The position numbers and the translations under genes are program-made. Source: Vicugna vicugna (Eukaryota). Taken from it: a stretch of DNA of 64,000 nt. Positions 54,888 through 64,000 of the stretch are shown here, piece after piece (the stretch's first letter is position 1; the number at the start of each line of letters is the position of its first letter). Where the stretch lies: positions 4,860,501 through 4,924,500 of the forward strand of contig MU059953.1 in assembly GCA_013265495.1 (NCBI GenBank), in the 5' to 3' direction. The notes beneath the pieces are model-generated. The model was not told the DNA's origin. It made no database searches and was given only the letters and a program-made list of their open reading frames with translations.

Positions 54888-54911
54888 CCCAAACCCCAAA
54901 CCCCAAACCCC
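54888..54911 (-). repeat. (GGGGTTT)n repeat, predicted G-quadruplex on the HDAC4 sense strand
   Basis: The plus strand reads ccc aaa cccc aaa cccc aaa cccc, i.e. G4T3G4T3G4T3G3 on the minus strand. Confidence 0.8.
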
Positions 54912-57459
54912 AGCTTCACAGTGGGGGCACACAAAGGAGGACCGAGTGAGAAGCGTCACAAGTGAGGCTTTGTCACGGGGCTGGGGGCTCTACTTACTAC
55001 AGAAATCAACAGCCCCCGGTGCCGGTGCTGCGGTGGGGAGACTGCAGCCCCCGACGCCACAGGCAGTCTTCTGTCTGCACTTGCTTCGCAACTCCCCTCC
55101 CCTCCCCAAAGCCAGCCAGACAAGACACCACCACGTGCCCGAGGCCACAGGAGTCTCAGACACCAGCTGACCTCAAAGGGTTCCCGCTCCAGAAGTCAAG
55201 GAGGGTCAAGATAACCCCTTTGACAGTGTGGTGGCCAAACACTCAGTAAGATTTGGGAATCCGTGGCTTTTAAAGTCAAACCTCACTTTTTTTGTTGTTG
55301 TTAGTTTGGATAAGTTCTCTAGAGTTTTTGTAGTTTCTTCAAGTTTCCAGAATTTTCTTAAAAATCACATCTTTGTTATTCAGCCTTGAAAGGAAACCTG
55401 GCTAACCTGGACAAAAATGCCCATGGATGACGAGGGCCCCGTGTGAGGGCGGCGGGGCCCGTGCGCTGTGCCCCAGGAGCCCGCAGAAGAGGCCACCCTT
55501 CAGAGCAGCACCCCACCCTCAGGGCTGCTCCCCCTGCTGGCCCAGGGGCTCCCGGCATCCTCCGAGCCGCCTGTTCCCCAGGGCCCTCCCGCCCCAGGAC
55601 TGCTGCGCCCGGCGACCCTGGGGAAGCGACCTTGCCTCAGGGACCCCACTTCCCTTCTGTGTGGGAGGACGGGCCCTTCAGGTCACAGCAGGCGCCCCAC
55701 AGGCGCACCCGGCCGTCCCCTGGGTTTGGTTTTCCCCCACATCGCGCTCCCACCCTGGGGCCCCTCCTGGGACCCCTTCCCCCAGTCCAGGCGGTGGGCG
55801 TCTACGGGCCCGGCTCTGAGTGAGCTCACCCTCCAGTTCTGGAACCAACACTCCACACATTCACCACCACGTCTCTTTTCCATAATAAACAGGCGTTGTT
55901 TTTATAATCAGGAGAAAAGTATGTTCCTTCAAAACAACTAGAATGATTCAGAAATGAACGACTTCAACGTTTTCAAGCAAGCCCCCAGGATCCACGCGTG
56001 TGGCATGGGTTGAGGTGAGATCTCTCTCTCAGACGCCCCTCTCCCACCTCTCCGCTGCCCTCCGACTCCAGCATCTCCCCTCACCTAACTCTGAGCTGAC
56101 GGTGTGGGTTCCAGGGCACCTGCCTCGGCTCCCGCCACCCTGTCTGCCCCAGGTCCCCCCAGGAGGGAGAAAGGACAACCGCCCGGGGGTGGGGGGACAT
56201 GCTGCAGCCTCGCCCCTCACTGTGACACTCCCCTTCTTCCAAAGCAGGAAGAAACCGGATGCTGACACAGAGTAACAGCGGTAGAGGATCTGTTGTAACT
56301 CGGTGGTGGGCAGTGGCTGTATGTTTTCTCTCTTTTATGATAGAATCAACTATTTCACAATGAAAAATGTTAAAAACCAGAAAGAAAGAAATACAGAAAG
56401 GACAGGTATGTTTATATATAAAAAGGGGGAAGGTGGGGAAATGAGAATTAATCCATTCTCATGGATTAATATAGCATTTTAAGTGTTTCCTTCTACAATA
56501 CAAACTTCTCCAGTAGGAGAGAGTGTTGTATGAATTATCTCAAGTCAAGGTGGCCCACAAATAAAAGGGATGAACAGGGCTTTTCTGTCTGGAGACGCTG
56601 TAAGGACTACCCGGCTTTGAAGAGAATTGTTATCAGAAAAGGCTGTGTTGAGTGTGCCGCCATCCACAACCGGGACAGCCACGAAACGAGGGAGACGCAC
56701 GGTGGGGAGGCACGTGGCCTCTGCTCACAGTAAAAGCTGCGTGTTCAAGGGGACACTTCCCGCCGGTGAATGCTGGAGTTTTTCCTGCAGATTTCATATA
56801 TACGTTTGTTTTCATGCCACCGTGTGTCAAAGATTACTTAAGATTAAACTCAATTGTTGGAATATGTGCACCAGCAAACTGGGACTGACAGAAAAACACC
56901 TAAAAATGTTCACTCCCATGTCACAAAAATGCAGCTTTAAAGAAGTCTGATTACCAATTTTCAAGTCATTATATACCCTGAGATGAGTATTTCTTTGCAG
57001 AGCATGATTTACGGTAGATTGGAATGACCGAAAACGGAGCTTTAAAGAAGGCCCTTTGCTTTAGTGGCTTCTAGGACCCAACTCCCGTGCGGACTCCGGG
57101 ACCGCATCCGGCTCGTGCAGCCACGTGTGCGCCCCTCCTCTCGCCGCCAGCCACTCTTGGGCGCTGCCTCCACCTGGTTTAGAGTCACCCCACAAAACCA
57201 CGGAGGCAGAAACAGCAGGAAGCAGGGTTATCCTTTGACTCTGACCAGCGGAACCTGAAGTTCAATGTTACTGGCTTCCATTTCCTGGGGGCGCCGCCCT
57301 GATACACCATCTCTCAAGTTGGGTGCTTCTCCCAGAGGAGGGGGAGGGGGGACCTTCTCTAACAGGCCACAGGGACAGTCCTAGCAGCCTGAACCGGCAC
57401 TGTTGCAGCCACGTCACACGCCGTCCTCAGGACCCATCAACAGGTCCTTGAGAGATGAC

Positions 57460-57620
57460 ACTCATCCAGGAACCACTAGCAGTCAGGCAATGCACTTGAT
57501 TTTTACAAGAATCCTGCAGAGAAGGCATTATTATCCTGCCGAGGAGATGAGGACAAAGTCGAGACCCCCAGCAGCTTGCCCACAGCCACTGTCAGTGTGG
57601 CACCAGGATTCCGGGTCCCC
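57460..57620 (-). mobile_element. MIR SINE fragment
   Basis: aatcctgcagagaaggcattattatcctgccgaggagatgaggacaaag...cttgcccacagccac...caggatt is the reverse complement of a degraded MIR core. Confidence 0.55.
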
Positions 57621-59028
57621 TCCTCCCCAGACTGAAGTCCGTGGTCTGTCTTCACACAGAACCGGGGGTCCCACAGGAAGTCTCAAGAGCAGGGTGTGCT
57701 TCCCAGGCCGGAAATGACTGGAAGCCCACCCTCTTTCCGGGTCACTTGGAACCCACCTTTTCACAGTCTATCAACCACTGAAAAGTCTCTTCCTCCGTCC
57801 CACACCCAGATGAGCACCAGGAATTTGTCTTAAGATGCCCAAATTACACAAAGATTCGGTGTTCGACAAAAATAACACTGGCAAAATGAACTCCAGAGAA
57901 AGCAAAATCAGCGCCGTCTATACGGGCTGAAACAGGACAAAGGGCACCTTTGTCAGCTACATTAACGCCCCCGCCCCCCCACCCCCAAGGTCCTGGGTTA
58001 ACCAGGACACCGCCCGCAGGTGGGACATAGAGGGAAGGAGAGGCGGGGCACAGAGCGGGGAGGAGCTGGGAGCAACCCCGCAGGAGGCCAGAGCCAGGCC
58101 CAGGGACGCGGGCACCTTCTGGGAGCACAGGAGACACACAACCCCAGCTTCGTGTCTGGGGAGGTGCCAGCAGCGATCCCTGGCGGGCCTCGGAGGATCA
58201 CTACACAGAGAAAGAAATTGCCTCTCTGACACTTCCAGCCTCGCTTCAAGCTCTGACTTCTTTTTAAGAGGCTGGGAGAGGTGAGGCGACAGGGAGGCCA
58301 GCTGGGGGCCGGGGCAGAGGTAGGGGTTGGCGTGCCTCCCTGTCCCAGCCAGCCCTGCCCTTGGAGAGAGCGGGCGGGGAGGGCCACGGGGAGGCCGGGT
58401 CCAGTAGGTGCCACAGAGCAAAAACCAGAGACAGAGAGCTTCAGGACGCAGCGAGGGCAAGGGTCCAGCCGTGCTGCCCTCAAAGCGCGGGCCTGAGAGT
58501 ATGTGTGGACCCAGGACAATGGCTCCCCTACGACCCCTGGGCTGACACGTGCTCTCTTCATTCTCCCTGAGGCCAAACAGCCCATGAAGATGGACATATG
58601 GGCTCTGAGCTGAAACCTCAGATGAGGGGGGAGGTGGTTCACAAAAAGAAACAGAAAAGCTTCCCTGGCCTTGAGGATTTGCCTAAATCATGGTCCCTAG
58701 AAACACTGCACGTGGAACGAGAGATTTAAGACAGCTGGTGACTTTTGTTAATTCAAGCACAGAGAGCTGCTCGAGGGACAACGTCACTGACTCTCTTCAC
58801 CCCTGAAGAGCCTGGGGCCCCGGACCAGCAGGGTCGGTCCACCCGTGTCCCCAGCTCGAGCCCAGAGCTCATCCCCCCAGACTCCCATGCGGCTCAGGGC
58901 CTGCAGTCAGACCCACCTTTGGGAGGAACACAGCTCCGGAGCTCAGGACAGAGAGGACCTGCATTTCTCAGCCACTGAACTGCGTTTAGCCATGCCCATC
59001 TCAGCTACAAAACCGACGGCCTATTTCA

Positions 59029-59289
<261 letters not shown>

Positions 59290-62200
59290 TTACACTCGGA
59301 GTCTGCAAGGAGCAAGTCCCTGCAAACAGCGGACGCGCGTGGGTCCTTCTCCCCTGTAATCCACCAGGGGTTATTTCCATTGACGGAACCAAAGATGGAG
59401 GACCTTCTGCACAATAACCCGGACAGTCTGGTCGCAAACAGGGTGACCACCGGTTTCCGGCCTGCGGGCATCTGTCCAGCCGTCGAGATTCTTCTCTGTT
59501 TGGCGACCACCTTCCCCACACCTGCATTTGGCAGGAGTCAGCCTTTCTGTAGGGACCACAGCACGAAGGCAGTAAAAGCAGAGGAGCTGCTGGCCTCTTC
59601 CAGACTCGGCCCACTGGCCGGGCTGCCCCAGAAACCCAGCCGGGGGAGGCCCCGTCGGAAGCAGCTGTCGGTGAGGCTGCTTGCGGGCCAGTCAAGGAAA
59701 CGAAGACACACAAACCCGCTCTCACGGGAAGACACCTGGCCGGGCACCTGCACCTTGGGCACGCTCCTCCCAAGTCCACCCGCGACTGTCCTGACGGCAG
59801 AGGCGGAATCGAAACCCACTCCCCCCCCGAACCCGGCGCCGGCTGCCTTGAGACCGCCGGGGAGCGTCCATACTCTCTCCGACGAACAGGAAAGGAAATG
59901 CTGACAAAACTTCCAGGAATCACACTTTGGTGTAAAATTAGCTTCTAACGACTGGTGTGAACGCCTGCGGTGACAAGCGCGTCATCACAGACGTCGTTAC
60001 TGATTTTAAGGAGAAAGCACTGCTTTCCCAGAGCAGCCACAGCCCCCAGCAGACTTGCAAATCGTGACAGAAACAAGCAAGAGCAAGTCTGCTGACTGTG
60101 ATAAAACCTGCTTTTTACCAAGAACGGGCACCACCTCCTGCGGCCTTCGAATGCAGGGCTCCGTGACCCCCGCGGATCTCTGGAGATGTGCAAATGCCAG
60201 AACAAAAGCCCGGACTCTGAGGAGACACAGAAGTGTCTCCTGAGACCTGCAGACCCTCCCGAGGAAGGGGGGCGGCGGGGCAGGCGGCGCGGGCCTGCTC
60301 CCCTGCAGTGCCCGCTGCCCCTGTGCACTCGGGGACTCCACCGCCGGGACCTGGGGTCTTCTCTCCACCGTCAGCCACCCCTTCCTGATTCCGCCAACTT
60401 CAAAATATCAAAATGGCTCTAAGAAGATGCGGGGCGCGGGTTGGGGTTAAGACAGTCCAGCTCGCCCAGTCAGGAGAAGCACCAGATGCCACAGTCACCT
60501 GGGAGGCAAATCAGGCCCCAACCATCAGCCAGCTGTCTGCACCGAGGGCTGCACCGGAGACGCCCGACCAGCCCTGAGCCGGCCTGTAACCCAAATACCA
60601 CGTCCCATGAGCCGCTTCACCGCCACTCACACAGGGACTCCAGATAGCGACGGAGAGGACGTTCAAGCCCCTTTTCCCGGAAGTGAATATATGAAATGAA
60701 AATTTCATTTTTAAAACTAAAAAATTCATAGAAGTCTATACATATTTCTAAAAATTCTAATCTCACTGTAAACACTTCCCAAAACACCAAAAGGCACTTT
60801 TGAAAAACCTAAACTAGCTGCAGTTTTCTGACGGCAGGGGCCAGGAGCAGAGGAAGCCATCCTGCCGGGCCCTGCAGCTGGGCCTGAGCAAGCCGGGGTG
60901 TTCCCTCCGGCTCCGCCCACCACGCACGCCGTGCCCCGCCCCGGCCTGGCCTCCTCCACAGTCGTCCCCTCAGTGTCCAGCCAAAGTTCCAGAACAGACC
61001 AGTGTGGCAAGCCCACGACCAGCAGTTTCCTGAGCCTTCACCAATGAGGGAACTCCAGCTTCCTGGGCTGGAGAGGAGGCCCCGGGGCCAGCACTGCGGC
61101 TCCAGCAAGGCCTTTCCTGGAGCTTGTGGCTGGGCTGCTTACGTCCGCCCCAGACCCGAAGGTCTGCTTACTCCAAAGCCACAGGCACAGTGATGCCTGG
61201 TAACGTGGCACCTTCACCCACACGGAGGCAGGAAGACGCATCCAATCTCAACACCGCCGACTCCGCGTGCGAGTCAGACGCGTGCTATCAGCGCGGGCGG
61301 AGGGGCTCCCCGGGGCCTTACACCGACGGCCGGCTCGGCTGGGTCTCTGGGCCCGGGCCGCGGTCTGACCCTCTGAGTCACCGGAAAGGACTCACTCGTA
61401 GTACACACTAGCTGGAGCATCAGCGGCGGCGGGCGGCGGGGGAGAGCGGGGCTTGCCACGGGCGGGCCTGCAGCTCAGTCCCGCTGCCCGGTCACTGGGA
61501 GGGGAGCTGCTGGCGCCCCCACCCAGGCTGAGGCTGGCTGGCAACCGAACAACCGTAAATTCACGCCCAACCCTGCCATCTTCACATCTTGTCGGCTGAC
61601 GTCAGACTTAGAAATTTCTCATCTGGAGTGAAAACCCTTCTGACTCGGCATCAGGACACTGAGGCCGCATCGTTGCTCTGCATCGGGGACCAGAGCCGGT
61701 GCCAGGGCCAGATACGACCGGCGGCCTTCCAAACCCAATCCCAAGTCTCAGCGCTCGTCAAACAGACCTGAGGGTGTGCAGCGGACAGAACCCCGGGACA
61801 GAGCAGGAATATGGAGACGCATCTGAAGGAGCGGGGCTACGGGGCTGGGAAAGACAGTGCAGAACCCGACGAGAGTGCCCCGCCGGCACGTGACCACGCA
61901 GCCCGGGGCAGAGCGCACCCAAGACGGCGCCGCAGGAGCACAGCGCAGAAGGGACTCAAAGCAGCACTTCCTTCTGGCCGCGAAACACCCCTGCAAGCCG
62001 GGTTCTCCCTCATCTCGCTCCACTTGAGAAGCTAATTTTGGAAACCCCGCTGGATGGGACCATGGGACTTGGCGTCCTCAAATGGCACTGCAGTTCGCTC
62101 GGGGAGCTGGAAGGGGAGCCACACATGCAGAGGAGGAGCAGGGAGCACAGGTGTCCTCCATGTCCCCCCACAACAGGACTCGCCATCAGTGAGCATGCAG

Positions 62201-63339
62201 CACACGGCTGCACACGCAACAGCAGTGGAGCCACCGCACTTGCGGAGGAAAGCATCCGTTTGGAGGTTATGGGGCCCAGCTCACCCCGACAGATGCCTGC
62301 TGTGGTTCAGTGCCCTCCCCAGCTGGCTGCACACCTGGCTCTCGGAGTCCCATCAGAGTCCCACGCAGGGCGGCCCTCTGTACATTCACAGCCTTTGGAG
62401 CCAAAGGAACCTAACTTCCGACTCATCTGGCTACTCCCCACCTTTTACACAGTGGGGAGACAGCCCTGCGGGGCCGAGCACCACCCCCAAGATCATGCAC
62501 TTAGCACCCCAGAACCTGGTTCTGTCTCAGCTGGACCCGAGAGGAGCCTAAGCTAGACCCGCGGCAACAGGTGACTCACACGGATCTGTGCCCTGGCACT
62601 GGGACGTCGTCACAAAGGTCGGCTTCCCCCAGCCCCTAGGAATCTGCCCTAATCTGGATAAAGACAGAGAGGGCAGAAAATAGGGAAAGATAAGAAGAGA
62701 CAAAAGGAAAGACAGAAGGGAAGGGAAGAAAGAAAACACCAGAAAAAAGACAAAGTTGGGGATGAAAAGCATATCACACATAATTCATGCTTTCCAATTT
62801 TTAGGTCCAGATTTTCAACATTTCTGGGAACAGGAAGACAGAATCTTCTCTGCAACCCACTGAAAGAGTCAAGCATGTCCCAGAGACACAGGTCCAGGGA
62901 GGCCCCGGGAGGCTGTAAGCCCCACGGTGACGCCCTGCACGGCTGCCCGTCCCCGGGGATGACTGAACCCCCCCCCACCCCCTGCCCAGAGCAGGCGGGC
63001 CAGGCCTCACACAGTCCACCGGCGTGATGTGGATACTGCAGCCATTTCCATGACAACACCCACAATCTACAGGACAGAAAAATAAAGCCGAAACTACAGA
63101 CCTGAATAAAAGGGCTCAACCCCTTCCCTAATGTACATAATTAAAGAGGATCTCCATCTTAGTGCCAATAAGGGATTGCATTTCTTGGACTAATAAAAGC
63201 AGTATATGAAACACATACAGATGGTTATAAGAGATGGGGAGGGAGGAGCATGGGAGTGTGTGATGGTCACAACTGGGAGAGAGCCTCCTGCCCGCTCCCC
63301 ACACTACCCCACACCCTGCCCTGGTGGGAATGACGGCTA

Positions 63340-64000
63340 TTTCATGAAGGTTCGTCTGCTCCGAGGACCAATGACACAGAGCATCTTTCACACGTTTATG
63401 CGCTGTTCTGAATTCGCCTTTTGCCCTTTGAAAAAAACCGGGTCATTTGCCTTTTTCTCCCCGATTCAGGAGAATTCTTTAAAAGCCGTGACCAGCACCC
63501 CTCTACCAGTCACATGTTGCCGACAGCCTGTCAGAGACTACGGCTTCCTTCTCTAAGGTCACGTTTATCGGTCTTTCTTTCAAAGCTTTCGCTTTTGGTG
63601 TCAGGTTGAAGAAGTTCTCCCCCACCGGGAGGCTGCAGACATATTTTCCCGTATTGTCATCTGAAAGTTTGTGGTTTCCCTTTTACGTGTAAGTCTCTCC
63701 TCGCTCTGGTATTGATTTCTTTATATGACATAAAGCAGGCTTTTGATGTTTTGGCTTCTTTCCCATGAGAACAGCCAAGCGCCTCATCGCCGTTACTAGG
63801 ACGTCTTCCTTTACCTGCTCATCAGCAATACTAGTTCTGCTACGAGACAGATCTCTGCCTTTTCGGCCAGTTTGTTCATCCCTGTGCCAACAGTCACACG
63901 AACTGCCATAACTTGACAGTCGTTCTTAACATTCGACAAGGAAGAATCTCTGCCTTCTTCAAAATCGTCCTGGGCCATCCTGGACCTTCACCCAACATAA
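63340..64000 (-). mobile_element. Degraded L1M ORF2 3' region, sense to HDAC4, running off the window end
   Basis: gaccaatgacacagagcatctttcacacgttt, cttttggtgtcaggttgaagaag and tgttcatccctgtgccaacagtcacac are reverse-strand L1 ORF2 blocks. Confidence 0.7.

Overview
Mammalian genomic DNA, GC- and CpG-rich and almost entirely intronic. It lies inside the HDAC4 gene on the minus strand. Four consecutive coding exons (72, 245, 151 and 121 nt) have intact AG/GT boundaries and compatible phases, and join into one open frame from DGLSGRDQ to DPRYWYG. This frame covers the CtBP-binding PMDLR motif, the glutamine-rich domain and the MEF2-binding segment. The start-codon exon and the downstream exons lie outside the window. 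A tRNA-Ala-derived SINE of the camelid Vic-1 type and a young camelid-like L1 point to an alpaca/llama/camel genome (inference). The rest is old L1, L2, MIR and MaLR debris, and nearly all other ORFs in the supplied track look like GC-rich noise. I see no new gene or multi-gene system. The most notable observations are: (1) a 94-nt tandem duplication that copies the 3' end and splice donor of the 151-nt exon, giving a second identical donor whose use would frameshift HDAC4; (2) an ancient L1 3' end that appears to have been pushed to about 77% GC; (3) a twin-primed, 5'-inverted L1 with target-site duplication; (4) a short polyadenylated LTR-derived retrocopy in sense orientation; (5) an in-frame cryptic upstream acceptor; and (6) several MEF2-containing motif clusters. 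Repeat family names come from my recollection of consensus sequences, their boundaries are approximate, and no database search was run.
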